DNA of 64,000 nt from Octopus vulgaris. Lineage: Eukaryota. The stretch's first letter is position 1. Every line of letters starts with the position of its first letter. Below, piece by piece: positions 42,164-56,894 of the stretch. The stretch is from positions 64,170,001 to 64,234,000 of the forward strand of contig OX597819.1 in the NCBI GenBank assembly GCA_951406725.2, given 5' to 3'. Made by a program: the position numbers and the translations under genes. Under the pieces are notes generated by a model that was not told the DNA's origin, did not search any database, and saw only the letters and a program-made list of their open reading frames with translations.

Positions 42164-42569
42164 ATAGGCCACAGTCTGACTAATAACTTAGCCACGATGA
42201 TAGCCTCAATGAATAATAAAAAATACCTATCAAATCCTACGTAACTAGAAAGATAGTGAACAATAAATGTAATAACCAACCAAAAAAGTAATAATAAATC
42301 AAAAAAGTTATAACCAATCTAAAAAAGTAATGTAAGAATTACCACTTTGTTAACATCACCATCACATATATATCAACGATTTTCGATCCTAACCGATACA
42401 TCTCACGGCAAGAGGTGCAAATGAGGGTAGCTATATCAAACTCTATTCTTCAACAAGTGCCACATATTAGAGGAGGCTCTTAGTAATAACAGTGTAGCAC
42501 AAAACGGCGGTGCATCGGCATGGCCGCAGCTCTGAGATAGAACTAAAACAAAATACACACTGAAACATA

Positions 42570-42965
42570 TCTAAGGTCTTAGGAATATTCATGTACAAAC
42601 TCAATAAAGATTGTGTGAATTTCTTCTTAACCTTACATTGTCAAACCATAGAATTCAATCTACTAAAGCCAAAAATAACTAAAAGTACTACCGTATCTTA
42701 TACCAACCTCCCAAAAGAGACTCATTTAAATATTCACTCAAGTATACAAAGATCTATATGCGTTAGTAAATTCTGAACAAGAGCACATCCGAAAATCCAA
42801 TCAATGAATATTTCTTGAAAATACCTGCCCATGATAACCCACACCAAAACCTAACTGCCACTGCACTCCAAACCAAAAGAAGGTTTTAACTAATCAGAGG
42901 CTATATAATGCCAAGATCAACACCCAAGCAATGCTACTTCGAAGTCACTATCAATAAAATTCTTT
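42570..42965 (+). pseudogene. Degraded Penelope linker/GIY-YIG remnant
   Basis: Fragments TVSYTNLPKETHLNIH and [11 protein letters not shown] resemble PLE KVSYSCMPN..IIN.HN and VIYQA. Confidence 0.4.
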
Positions 42966-42996
42966 TTTGCTTATTATATATATGTACATATATATA

Positions 42997-43204
<208 letters not shown>

Positions 43205-43277
43205 TTATAGATAAATAAAGTGAGATTAGAGACAGATAGATACATATACACAAGAATATACTCAGATATATTGTATA

Positions 43278-43335
<58 letters not shown>

Positions 43336-43799
43336 TACATACAGAGTTGCACACACATATGTATGCATATCCAACTGTATATATATCGTTCTACTTTGTT
43401 TATTCGATTATCACTGATTTGATCTCTCTGTCTTTCTATTAATTGGATAATGACTATGTATCAAGTTATGTATCTCACTATTAGAAATCATAATTGCAAT
43501 GACAAATCAGATTATGCTAAAATATTGATTTCTCTTCAATATTACGAGACAGATTTTCTTCGAGTAAGGAGTAATAATAAACGAATGGACGTAATGGTGT
43601 AGCTGATAGTACAACGTCTCACTCGAAACAGTCTGCATTTTAAATTTAGAAGTAATATCGTATTAGTTATTTTTTAAAATTAGAGTTATCTACCAGCTAT
43701 ACTGCATCTCGGCGCAACCATACGGTAATTAAGTTTCAATTTTATATGCAAGTAATATATTTTTAGTCACTAAAATAATTTAAATTTTACTATATTAAT

Positions 43800-44010
43800 G
43801 GTTTCAAATTTTATCACAAGACCTAATTTAGGGGATATAATTTAGCGGTATTTTGTCTGTCCTTACGTTCTAAGCTGGTAGTTTATCGATTCTGAAAGGA
43901 TGAATGACATAGTCTACCTCGGTAGCATTTGAGCTTAGAATGTATAGCAAGAAGGAACGCGGTTAAGAGTTTTGTTCGGCGTAGCAACGATTCTGCCAGA
44001 ACTCAGCCTC
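43800..44010 (-). mobile_element. SINE family D, degenerate
   Basis: GAAAGGATGAATGACATAGTCTACCTCGGTAGCATTTGAGCT..AACGATTCTGCCAG matches the 39200-40065 units. Confidence 0.75.
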
Positions 44011-44152
44011 AGATTGTAACATAATTATGCATGTTTCTTTCAGTCAATAGTATTTTTCTTTTAATCTAAGCAGATTAAAGAAATCTAACTGGTATGCGTG
44101 TTTAAACTGTTGTAAATACTTGCAGGTTAATTTCAATTTAAGCATCACTCTA

Positions 44153-44212
<60 letters not shown>

Positions 44213-44217
44213 CCTAT

Positions 44218-45535
44218 GCGTCCCGATGGTCAGGCGATCCATTTGCTGTCAACACCCGTTAAAAGGAGGGCTGGGCATGCCGTGGTTGATGATGCGCAGA
44301 CACGCGCTGAGACTGCGACATCTCTGGCTCTATGTAGACGACGGTGAACAGGTGTGGTCGCCGTTTGTGAGGCACGCTTTCCCGCAGCTCGTCTCCATGA
44401 CCGAACTGCAGTCGTGGATCAAAAAGAGGCCGAAGTAGGGCGAATGGCACCGCGAGTGTCGCGTTGCTCTCAAGCAACTCTGCCGTCCTGGGTCGACCTT
44501 GAGTGACTTCAACACAACCAAAGCATTCTATAGGGGTTTAGTGGAGGGGAGGTACGACGACGAGCTCGGGGCGAACCTGGACGTCGACGAGGAGTACCTG
44601 ACCCGCCTGTTCAGGACGACTTTCGGGCCAGGGCCCATGGACAACTTCCAGAGATCCCTGGCCTGGCAGTGCTACCGAGAAGCGCTACCCGTTCGGGATA
44701 AGCTCTACAGACACGGCTCGAGAAACACGGGGCCGACCTGCCCGAGATGCGGTCAGAGCGACGAAACCGTTCTGCACGCACTCGTGCAGTGTCCAACAAT
44801 TTCCGACCTGTGGGCTTGTGTTGAACAACTGCTGTCACGTGTGGGACGAGTCGGTTTATCAGCTGAGTCTATCGTTAATATTGTCACGCCTCTCTCCTTC
44901 AAACGGGAAGGAAGAGCTATTTTCATCATCCTTGTGGCTATGGCGAAAGAATGTATCTGGTGGACGCGTCTGAAAGGATTGGAGACAAACACTTTCCTCT
45001 CTGGTCAATCTCTCATCAACTTCTTCAAGTACCACTTGAAAAGGAAAGTGAGAGTAGAGAGGCAAGTTTTGTCTAGCGAATGTTTTAAAAAAGATGGGTG
45101 AATGTAGCAAGAATGGCACGTATGAATGACGAAGCCACCTTGAGCATGATCCTATGAACCCAGAAATTGAAAACAGAGAGTTGCTTATTTGCAAAAAAAA
45201 AAAAAAAAAGAAATATAACATGTGACTCCATTGACCGAGGTTACCGTGGTCTTTTCCGTAGGCTTTTCTTTCCGCGGGTAAACCTCACCTGTCCTCCCCT
45301 TTACACTTCATATTGACATTTCTGTGATAAAGATCCCTATTGATCAAATTTTTTTTCCTCTCCCCCTTTTTTTTAACCCCCTTTTTTTGTCCTCTTTCTC
45401 TCCTTTTACGATCCCTTTTGATCGAAACTCCCCCTTCCTTTTTTCTTTTTTTTTTTTTTAAACCTTCAAAAGAAAAGCTCTACCTTGTAATTTGTTCTAT
45501 CTGTGTGCAGCCCTGTGTGGCTAATAAAGAAACAT
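44218..45535 (+). mobile_element. 5'-truncated Tx1/L1-clade LINE inserted in (TATC)n
   Basis: ORF2 C-terminus QHPLKGGLGMP..WQCYREALPVRDKL..CPRCGQSDETVLHALVQC..W (CCHC knuckle). One in-frame stop at 44436-44438 and a frameshift near 45090. Pyrimidine-rich 3' UTR with AATAAA. TATC repeats on both sides. Confidence 0.9.
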
Positions 45536-45568
45536 ATCTACCTATTTATCTATCTATCTATCTATCTG

Positions 45569-45610
<42 letters not shown>

Positions 45611-45703
45611 AGTCTAACTATCTATCTGTTTGTCTGTCTGTCTGTCCAGCTCTCTTTCTCTCTAACCTCTCATTTTCTCTCTCTTCTTCATATATATACA
45701 AAC

Positions 45704-45775
<72 letters not shown>

Positions 45776-46784
45776 CCCTCTGTGTACTTGTGTGTCTGTA
45801 TGATGAATATATTCATTTTATTTTAATATAAAATTTACAAAGAAAATATAATCACAGAAAATATAATACAACGCAGATGAAATAGTTACAAATATGGATA
45901 CAATTATAGAAAAGCAGCCTTTAATATACGAAGAAATAAATTATAAAAAAACTTTATTACATGCAATGAAGCAATCAATACATTAGCAATACATAATAGA
46001 TTCGTGGTAAAATAAAACTTATTTAAAGCTAGCACACATGGACCAGTTAAACTGAATAGCAATCATTGTCAAAATACAATTCATTTAAAAGAGCTAAACA
46101 ACTTAACAATAACTAACTGAATATTTATTTATATAAGAAATTAGATTTTCCTTTTAAAAATTTTAATGAACGTTGATTCAAAAATAATCTCTAAAAATCA
46201 AAAATGTGCAACTTATATTCAGGTACGTTTATTATTTTTTTTTTGCATTACCTTTATGTCACACTTACTTGCATGCAAATATTTTCTGTTCACAATGAAA
46301 GCATAATGGTGCAGGAATCTGGAAATAATATAATGTATATCGACTGTGTGTAATCAGTACAGCAATGGAGGCGTTACTGGAACTGAATGAAACTTTAAAA
46401 TGGTAAGATTACAATTGTATTCTCTAATAGATAGCTATAGGCATATCATACGCGTTTCAATATATGATTGACAACAAAGAAATATTTCGGACATTGTCAA
46501 CCACCGGGCATTGGCGATATCATTGTAATAGTAAAATAAAGCGGTTGATTTAGAAAACAAGAGTATTTGATGAGAGAACACACACCTACTTCGTTACAGA
46601 AATGTAAGTGAGTATCATAGAAGAAAAAAAGGAGAAATCGAGAGAAATCTAAAAGAAAATTTTTAAAATAAATAAAGTGTATTCAAAGTAGAAAGAAAGA
46701 AAATATTAATTATGATAATAATAATGATGATGATGATGATGATAATAGTAATAATAATAATGATAATAATGAGAAGGAAATAAT

Positions 46785-46828
<44 letters not shown>

Positions 46829-46860
46829 CAACAACAACAACAACAATCATAATAATGATG

Positions 46861-46928
<68 letters not shown>

Positions 46929-47571
46929 AAGAAGAATAGGAGGAGGAGGAAAATTGAACGAATGAGGAAGAAATAGACGATAAACAGTAGTAGTAATTAT
47001 GAAAACTTCTACAGGATGACAAGTGAGCGGTAATTGTGATAGGAAGCAGGAAAAGTATGTTCTCACCTCCCTCCAAAAACCTTAAAGTTATAGACGAACT
47101 TACTAACTGAAAAACATACAAATTACACGCATACAAAACATATACGGCAACACGCACACCTATTGAAACAGAGACACTGAAACTGATTTAAGTGTCAACA
47201 GGAATCCTCACATGCGTACATGCTCCGAGATATAACACTCAATACTTATACATATATATATATATACACACATACACACCCAAACACACCCTTCTGAATG
47301 CATGTATGTGTTGTGTGTATATATCTATTAGTATATGTAGACATATACATGTATTTCTTTATCTATATATTTTTGCATATATAGTTGCATAAATGTATAA
47401 TAAATATATACATGTATATTATATATACATTCACCCATTCATATATATATAAATTGTAAAATATATATATATATAATATTATTTATTATTTAATTGGAAG
47501 CGACGCATCCATTTCCATGAATACAGATATATGTATATACTTGTGTTTGTGTGTATACATACATTGATACA

Positions 47572-47634
<63 letters not shown>

Positions 47635-47825
47635 CAATTGCATCTTGGACGGTGTTTATAAGCCATTGAAAAACACACAAAAACCGCTAGATTCACTTCA
47701 ACATTTAAATTTAAGTTGCCAAAATATTTTTGTCACTTTGAGACCGTGACCTGTTCTAAAGTTGTTTTCATTCCGGCACACGATCACAAATAAGATCACT
47801 TGCTATGGCCTTATATCACCGTAAT
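47635..47825. repeat. Short repeat-like segment next to (TA)n with HHR-like remnant
   Basis: Minus strand reads GTCAC-GGTCTCAAA-GTGAC-AAAA-ATAT-TTT (hairpin plus decayed GAAA box). The CUGANGA box is absent. Confidence 0.3.
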
Positions 47826-47942
47826 ATAATAATAAGTCGTGTTAATCTCATGAAAGAATGGTTTTATCCAAGGAGGTACTGGTTCGGGAAGTACTGGTTC
47901 AATTCGTGGGGAGTTAATTTCTTTTAAATATTAGGTAAGTGA

Positions 47943-47974
<32 letters not shown>

Positions 47975-47989
47975 CTTATATTCATATAA

Positions 47990-48394
47990 AAGAAGAAAAA
48001 GGTAAATGGAAATTGTGAAGTTAATAATTGTTTCTTATGAATAGCAAATTGTTCATCTTCGCTTACAGCTGTCTCAATTATTACTCAGTAAATTGTAATT
48101 AGATATAAAATTCATATGTATATCTTCAGAGGAAGACATATCCCTTCGGATGTTTAATATGAGTTTATGGATTCATTATAGCAAACTCACAAAACTGCTA
48201 TAATGAATCTATAAATTTATAAAACATCCAAGGATATAATTCTTTCCTCAGAAGTTATTAGGCTTAAGTGATATAAATATAAATTTACTATTTAATGTTT
48301 ACTGATTACTAACTTAGACAGCTGAAAGTAAAGATGATTAATTTAGCTTGAATAATAAGCAATTATTAACTTCTCAATCTCCATTTTCTTTTTC

Positions 48395-48400
<6 letters not shown>
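47990..48400. repeat. Old, diverged inverted repeat with about 200 bp arms
   Basis: 47990-48184 versus 48196-48400: AAATGGAAATTGTGAAGTTAATAATTG / CAATTATTAACTTCTCAATCTCCATTT and GATTCATTATAGCA / TGCTATAATGAATC. Lies between (TA)n runs. Confidence 0.8.
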
Positions 48401-48482
<82 letters not shown>

Positions 48483-48621
48483 TATAAATATATATATTAG
48501 GTTTTTCGCTCATAAACACACTCATATATATATATGCATGTATATACACGCACACACACATACATACCTCTACATAATAGCCCACTAACTATTCTACCTG
48601 TCTCTCTCTATGTATATACAT

Positions 48622-48683
<62 letters not shown>

Positions 48684-48688
<5 letters not shown>

Positions 48689-48905
48689 GGGACAGGCAAA
48701 ACAGGTTGCTTGACCGCATACCGAAAAAATAGAAATAGCAGTCAAGAATGCTTATTTCTATCAAAGTTGGACTCGGGCATGACAGACCCTGAATTGCAGG
48801 GTCTGTCATGCCCGGAGTCCAACTTTGATAGAAATAAGCATTCTTGACTGCTATTTCTATTTTTTAGGTATGCGGTCAAGCAACCTGTTTTGCCTGTCCC
48901 TTTTT
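48684..48905. repeat. 108 bp near-perfect hairpin with 5 nt loop
   Basis: Arms 48684-48791 / 48797-48905 with one substitution and one indel. Continues to a TTATTTACTCTTA-(TA)n tail at about 49035. Confidence 0.92.
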
Positions 48906-49036
48906 CTTATATACAATATATATACTGAACTTTACAGAAGTTCCTGCCGGTAATCGGCTATATTTACATACCGAATTCTACCAGTAAATAATTGGGGTTT
49001 TTTTAAAAGCCTTTATAGAAATTATTTACTCTTATC

Positions 49037-49104
<68 letters not shown>

Positions 49105-49200
49105 AACTGTATTGGCAGAAGAAGAAACGAAACGAACGGATCGAATCGAATCGACGCGAGGGCGCTCAGTCATACAATAGTGTAATAAAAAAAAATATAG

Positions 49201-49275
<75 letters not shown>

Positions 49276-50999
49276 TATATATATACATATGTATACAAAT
49301 ACATTTTCCTACAAAGTAGGAGAAATATTTTCCTTCTAATTTGTTACAAATAGATGGACATATAAAGAATATAAATTTCTAAACAAACTCAATAATTCAT
49401 CGTTTCATATATTTGTAAATTCATGAATAGTATTGTCTCTTTGGTACCCAGCACATGTGTCTAAGTAGAATGAACGACCATTCAACATCTGGGAGTGTGG
49501 GGTCCTACATCTCCCAAAGAGGAAGTAATCTCTTATGTAACGTTTATGAATTCGTTTGCATAGATTCATGCAGATTAGTATTTTCAGAGAGAAGACACAC
49601 AATATTTAGAGTGTGGATTAGGCTCTATGCAAAACATTTCCTCATTTTAAATACATCAGACGCAAACCCACTCAATAAATAATTACATGAATGATTGAAG
49701 GTTCACGTTTAGGGGAATATTAAGTGAAGATATTGTTCGAAATATAGTTGCAGTCATTAAGCACACCTGGATGTACTATTTTACCTTTGTCGGCTCAATT
49801 AGGAAACGGAACATGCGCAATGGATATATTTTATTTATCAATTCCCTACTTAACTACGATCAATTACTCCACCGATCTTTAAGTTCAATCGAACGAGGGA
49901 GTGATTTTATCGATGAAAACTTTTGTAGATTTCCAAAATCATATGAAATTGCACAGTTCAGTTTTGGTTGCATCTTTTGTGAAATTGGTGGTATTTTTTT
50001 AATATTATTATATCTAGATAATTGATTATCCCAAATATCACAGGAATTTACAATTTAAAATGGGTTACAGTTACATGAAATAAAATTATTCAATTAATTT
50101 TCTGTAGAAATCTACACAGCGACGGGTATCGCAAGGAGGTCTATATATTATCCGTCAAGATAAAGACGCAGTCTATAGCTCTGCGGAAGCAATTACAACT
50201 TCAGCATATCACTTAGATAAACTTCCAAACCTTTTTTCCAGTTCGTCAGTGTCCATTTGCTTAGACAGCTGGTTATTGTGTAATCAGTGGAATTTCAACA
50301 ATTAACGAATTGAAACCATTTACACTATAGTGGGGCAATTTTCCCCACAACGTACATCAATAGTTCCGACTTGGTACAATGACGTACACATAAATTATTT
50401 AGGGATATTTCTTTATTTATAAAATGCATTGCTATTTCCTTGATTGGAAATCCTGTTTAGATGAAAAGTCTGTTACTTTTTTCTGGGCGCCGGCATACTA
50501 ATTCTTGTTGAACCACACGCATTCCATTGCTAAATATTATATTCAGACTGAAACACATTGACTTCCAGACTACTCGTGATCTCGAACAATGATTAGCGAT
50601 CAGCATGCATGGTAAACAATTGGTACAAAATAACGATTATCGTTGCTCTATGTATCTAATCACCTCCAAATGCAACTCCACCTTACTTTTTAGCGCATAA
50701 TTTTATCGCCTAATTTTTCTCTTTGACCTTCAGTTGTGGGTTTTTCCAATGCCAATTTCGTTATATTTCTTTAATTATTTATTGCATATAAAATGTGCTA
50801 AGCTTATATTCTCATTTCTTACAATAATTATAGGCATCCATATGCATATCTATGTATATATGCATACAAAATAATATATCCTTTAAAACAAAACAGCATA
50901 TCTGTGTATGCATGTAGAGATGTATATGCGAGTAGATATGCATCTCTATGCATACGCATACTTTTGTTTAATATATACATGTACGCATGCAAATACATA

Positions 51000-51040
<41 letters not shown>

Positions 51041-51566
51041 AATGCATGTGAGTGGGTGTGTCCAAATTTATAACAATATGCGCGTGTATATATGTACATA
51101 TGTATATATGTATATATGTATAATTCAGAGGTAGAGACTGAGTGAGAATCAGATATAATCATTAGACAAATATGGCACTAATGGACCACCAATTTTCTTT
51201 TCCTTTCCAGTATATTTCTTATATGTTTAATGGAGAGTTACTTTCAAAGCCAAATTATAACGACCTTCACTTCCCATTATGTGCATTTGTCACGGCACAC
51301 ATTTTCTGCTCTTTTCGTTTGGTTACACAATATATAGTATTCTACACAAGCCACTGCTTCACCAATAAATTATGAGAATGAATTTGTATTGTATACTGAA
51401 GACTATGCATGCATAGATGTGTATGTAACTGTTAAGTGTATAGATTGACGGGTGTATATGTAGATACAAAATTGGCGCTGCCTATACTCATTTGAACATA
51501 CGTGTATGTATATCGAAATGTATATGTACATCTATCTATCTATCTTTCTTATGTAAATGTATGTAT

Positions 51567-51619
<53 letters not shown>

Positions 51620-51719
51620 CATATAATATATGATTGTATGTTTTATAATGTACCCCCTATGTTTCTCTACTTTTACTTGCAGTTTCTATATGCATCTACA
51701 TAATATAATCAATCTACTT

Positions 51720-52018
51720 AGTGGCCTACTGGTTAGAATAGCGGACTCGCGGTCGAAGGATCGCGGGTTCGAATCTAAGACCGGAAGATGTGTGTGTTTA
51801 TGAGCGAAAAATCTAATCTCCACGCGGCTCAGGCAGAAGGATATGGCGAACTTCTGCTGATTCTTGCGCCACAACTTTCTCTCACTCCTTTCTCCTGCAT
51901 CTATCAGCTCACCTGCGATGGACCAGTATCCCGTACAGGTGGGGGACCTAAACGCCAAGGAAACCAGGAAACCGGCCCTTATGAGCTAGGTGTGGCTCGA
52001 GAAGGAACAAACAACAAT
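51720..52018 (+). mobile_element. SINE family C
   Basis: tRNA head TGGCCTACTGGTTAG..GACTCGCG..GGGTTCGAATC, body CCTGCGATGGAC, (AAC)n tail. Confidence 0.87.
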
Positions 52019-52061
52019 CTACTTGCGCCAAAATACATTACCGGGGAACTTGTCAAACATA

Positions 52062-52872
52062 AGAGGTCTGATCAATAAGTATCCGGACTCTTGCCATAGT
52101 AAAGAAGCTAAAGTAGGCAGAGTAAAGCCGCTTGGCAAAGTTTGACTTTGAAATCGGGTGTGCTTGTGCACTAAGTTTTATCAATCCTGGTCACTTTACA
52201 GTTGTGCTTCGTATGCCTAGGGTGTGATCGTCTCATTGATCATGAAAGAGAAAGCTGTACTGCACAAAGTGTATGGAGAAGAGGGTCTGAGCCGCATACA
52301 AATGTACGAGTGGTTCAGACGTTTCCAAAATGGCTGAAGAAAATTCGATATTGACGAAGGTTCAGGGAGAACCGCATCCAGCAGAACTGAGAATAAAACA
52401 TCGCAGATGTGCAGCTGTGAGAGGAAAGCGGCGAATCACGATCTGTGAGTTAACAGAGGATGCGCAGATGAGTTGAGTTCATTATCACTGAAGACATGTG
52501 TATGAGACTCGTGGCTGTCGTCTTTGTGCCAAAAATGCTTTTAGCTGTCCAAAAAGATACTCGGGTTTCGGTTACACAAGATCTCCTTGATTGCGTCGAG
52601 AACGATGAAAACTTTTTTGAAAAAATTGCCTAGGCCTCTGAGCAGCTATCGCCAAGCTTTTGGCAAAATCTGCTCAACTTTCAATGTGATGTTCAATGCG
52701 ACGCTCACACGCCACACATCTTACTGAAAGTAGCAGAAGCAATCTAGAACGTTAAAACTCAGTGCGCATGCACAACAATGCTGAAGGTCAACCTGTGCTA
52801 AATGGCTTTACTCTGCGTGCTTTAACGTCATTACTATGGCAACAGTCCTGATACTTATTGATAAGACCACTG
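52062..52872 (+). mobile_element. Internally deleted mariner with long (about 120 bp) imperfect TIRs
   Basis: AGAGGTCTGATCAATAAGTATCCGGACT..GCCATAGTAA / TTACTATGGCAACAGTCCTGATACTTATTGATAAGACC. Translation KVYGEEGLSRIQMYEWFRRFQNG..VFVPKMLL..DLLDCVENDENFL. Confidence 0.88.
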
Positions 52873-53204
52873 ATACCTTTTAAAACTGGTACAATTACTC
52901 TTTATATTTCTCTCAAATAACATTATGGACAACGCTATAAATTTCAAGAAATCAGCAGTTTTCTGTTTTGTTTTTACTTTGGGTTATACAACCTGTTAAA
53001 ACGAGTAAACGTGTCTCTCTGCAATTCATAAGTCGAATGATCAGAACTCGTTAAACGATAAAAATATTTTCTTTTACGATGATCGATGTAATATTTAGGG
53101 TTCAGACACGCATTGAAAGACGATATCATTTAGATTTAACATGAAAGCATGTTAAATCTACTATTTAAATATATATTCTTAGGTTAATATTTATGTGTGA
53201 AATC

Positions 53205-53530
53205 TTATGAGAGCTCAAAATCTCTCGTAGAAGCGCCATCCAACAAAAATGCAAATATATGGGAAACTACCGCCTGTGTCATCTCTTGTGAAAGGTAGGA
53301 GAGTCCAGTTTGCTGGACATTGTTGTAGAGCTGAAAAAGAGGTAATTTCTACTCTTCTCCTCTGGAAGCCATGTACTCGCAATACCAGAGGGCGCACACT
53401 CTCCTACCCTGATGTAATCTCTAGGGATACAGGCATCCAACAACAGGACCTCCGTAATGCCGTAAAGTCTGGCGTAGCATGGTAAATTCCATTGTCTCGA
53501 CCACGGTCGAACAATGATGATGTTGATGAA
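53205..53530 (+). mobile_element. RTE-like LINE 3' end
   Basis: IYGKLPPVSSLVKGRRVQFAGHCCR..LLLWKP..RGR..YPDVISRDTG followed by a (GAT)n tail. Confidence 0.85.
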
Positions 53531-54344
53531 TATTTCTGTGTAATCGCATTTTTTGCGTCATGCATAATTGTTTTCTGTTAATGCTCTTTCTCTTAAGCTT
53601 TTACAAGTTATTTCATCTTGTATGCAACAGGACACATATAAATCGATACAAACTGAGCTGACCTACATTCAAGAAACAGCAGCTAAATCTCACGGGAAGC
53701 ACACTTCTCCATTTTCATTTGAACATGGTACAATTGTCATTCTAGTACATTCAATGAAACCGGAAAAGAATGTATTTGATGTTAGCTCTGGACGACTCAA
53801 TCAACACGTGATTACTCAGATAAAATGTACGCTTACACCTATGTTTAAGCAGTAATTTGTTGCACGAAACTGAAATGATATTGACTGGCTTTAAACCTCC
53901 TCGACAAAAGTAAATAGAAGCATCTTATATTGCCATAGAGAATATCTTGTCCACATTATAAATTAGGATTCAAATTTTATACCCTTACTTTCATGTAATA
54001 TCCATTAGTATGTCTTTTCCTCTGCAGCAGAGTCAACCTCCTTTAAAATGAATTCATCGTAGTTTAATGACAAGATATTATATTTCTGCTGCCTGTATTA
54101 GCGGTTATATCCGTAGGAAATATATATTTCACAGCAATCCTCATGTATTTGTATTAAAAATCGAGTTGTTGCTTTATATATGTATGGTTTGTGTGAATGC
54201 TTAACAATCGTTCAAGTAAAATGCAACTGTATAAATACACATTTGAAAGACAATAAGTCTGTGTGAAGAAGAGAGCTTTGAGTCACACAATATTTGAAAC
54301 GCTTTCAAAGTAATTTCATGCTATACTATTATTAAAATATAGGC

Positions 54345-54525
54345 AAATGTGGTGAGCGGGATAAAATGCTTTGCGTCATTTTGTCCTCCTTTATGTTTTG
54401 AGTTCAAATTCCACTGAGGTCGAATTTGCTTTGCAACATTTCAGATTCGATAAAATCAGTACGAGTCGATGTAAACGACTTATCCCCTCCGCTGAAATTG
54501 GTGGCTTTGCTCCGAAATTTTGGAA
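54345..54525 (+). mobile_element. SINE family D, degenerate
   Basis: GAGTTCAAATTCCACTGAGGTCGAATTTGCTTT..TCGATAAAAT. Confidence 0.7.
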
Positions 54526-54787
54526 CCAACGTCTACATCATTGCAATATGTTAAACTGTTATAAGTCCAAATTGGGTCAAATGCCTTTTATTCAATGTTT
54601 ATTTTGGCTTGCAATAACCGGTTCTTTTGGTAAAATATCGTTTCTCCAGCGAGCTGCTTGCGATGCCAAGATATCAGATATTCTGAAAGCGTAGTACAAT
54701 GATTTTCCTGTGGAATGGTGAAACTATTTTTTCCTTTTCTGAACAAGCAAAGTTTTGGACTTGCGACAGTTTTGCAATGTAGCAACG

Positions 54788-54884
<97 letters not shown>

Positions 54885-55247
54885 TGTCTGTGTGTATATA
54901 ATAGTAATAATGCTGATGATGATAATTATAATAATAATAATAATAATAATTATTATTATTATTATAATGATAATAATAATACTAAGAAGAAGAACTAACA
55001 ACAGGATATTGGCTGTGCGAGTAGAAGTGTTGAGTGGGAGAGCATAAAACATTCCATGTGCTTGTATTTCTTAGTTCAAAGAATAACACACCCATCATGT
55101 ATGTGTGTAAACATCCTGCGAAGTTCAATAAATCCGTCAGAACGCCTCACACACACACATACATATGCATATACACATATCCATGCCTACATCCGCACAT
55201 ATAAATATATATTTACATATACATGTATGTCTAAAATATATATATAT

Positions 55248-55308
<61 letters not shown>

Positions 55309-55330
55309 GATAGATATATATATATATTTA

Positions 55331-55367
<37 letters not shown>

Positions 55368-55516
55368 TACATATTTATACGTATATATAGAGTTAGATAA
55401 ATAGATAGATAGATAGATATAGGTGTATACATGCCTACATACATACATAAATGCATACATACATACATGCATACATACCTACATATATATATATATGTAC
55501 ACACACACACACACAT

Positions 55517-55568
<52 letters not shown>

Positions 55569-56049
55569 GAGAGAGAGAGAGATAAACCCACTCATGCATA
55601 CAAATGCTCATATCTTTTCTATGTGTGCTTTCTCATCTATAATCTATAAGGGCTTATGTGCATATAGAGTTCGCTCAATATACACATCTGTATTAGGGAT
55701 AAAAGACCGAGCAGGAGTTTTGTAAGTATTATATTTATCGCTCTTTTATATAAGCAATCAATATAAAAATCTGCACATCAATATACCTGTGTAATTGTCT
55801 ACGCAATTAAGTACGTGTCAGTGGGCGCAACAGTTTACTTGTATGTGCTTGTCTGGACCTATAATATTTTTGAATCGTACGATATTAACGCTTTTGATGA
55901 GTATATTTCAATCAGATATTGCGTTGCGAGTATACGAGTGAGTCAATGAACATGTTTCTGTTGCTGTGATGGAAATAAAGTTTCGATTTGCATACTCGTA
56001 GCAAGCAAAATAGTGCGCATCCCTATGGAGCGTGTATAAATGATGGGAT

Positions 56050-56500
56050 TACTGTGGTAGAAGATGAAAGGTTATATTATGGGGTGGTAAGAATTTATAT
56101 GGATGAAACTGTATTATTCATATCATAGGATGAAGAGCATATAAAATGGAAGTCGTAAGTTTGGCTTTTTTGCAGTAGAAGCAGGTGATTTATGGTGTAA
56201 AACTATAGTAAAATTTTGAAACAATGTGGGGTGGTGATTTGAAAGATTTTGGACAAGTATTGCGGTGTTGTTTATATTGATATCCACTAATAGGCCTTCC
56301 AGTGTATGATGCCATATAACTGGCTTTGTGGTAATGAACATTTGCAGTGGTTTAGTGGTGATACCTTCAGGTTGCTTTTTTGTGTGTCCAAGGTGAGTAA
56401 TAGTGTTATAGAGGTATAGAAATGCGTTAGCACACGTTCAAATGTAGGGCTGGAAACATGTAGATTTAACATTATATTTCAAGAGTTTTCCACTGAAACG
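56050..56500 (-). pseudogene. Possible degraded Penelope endonuclease remnant
   Basis: Minus-strand fragments LHVSSPT, NHCKCS and HHKS..STAKK resemble the PLE linker Zn-finger/GIY-YIG region. Heavily disrupted. Confidence 0.35.
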
Positions 56501-56784
56501 TCACAAATTATAAATGTGACTTTGAAAAACAAGGAGTGAAGTGCATGGCGTATGGCAGAGTTAGTATCATCAGAGTTCTTTCAGTAATTTGTCCCGTACT
56601 TGTCTCTCATGTGTTTACGTATCTTTCACTTGTCTTCTTCTTGTCCTCTTCTTATTGTATATTTTCTAGTAATTTGTCCTGTAATTTTCACTCGTTGGTG
56701 ATGTTCTGTGCTTGATGTATCTTATATGTATTAATTTATAATCGAACGCCACGCAGCCTTGTCCAATATAAGTTTTTACGTTAC

Positions 56785-56815
<31 letters not shown>

Positions 56816-56894
56816 CATACATACATACATACACACATACATACATACATACATACATACATACATACATACATACATACATACATACATACAT

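Noticed and set aside
47925-47945. Strong donor-like AG|GTAAGT
   Set aside because: No matching acceptor or open exon can be supported upstream, and such a motif is expected by chance.
49700-50620. Non-repetitive-looking block, possibly an old DNA transposon
   Set aside because: No TIRs or protein motifs that I could identify by eye.
51720-51790. tRNA-Arg-like sequence (also 30956-31030 and the SINE A/D heads)
   Set aside because: These continue into SINE bodies and lack a proper acceptor stem, so they are SINE heads rather than tRNA genes.
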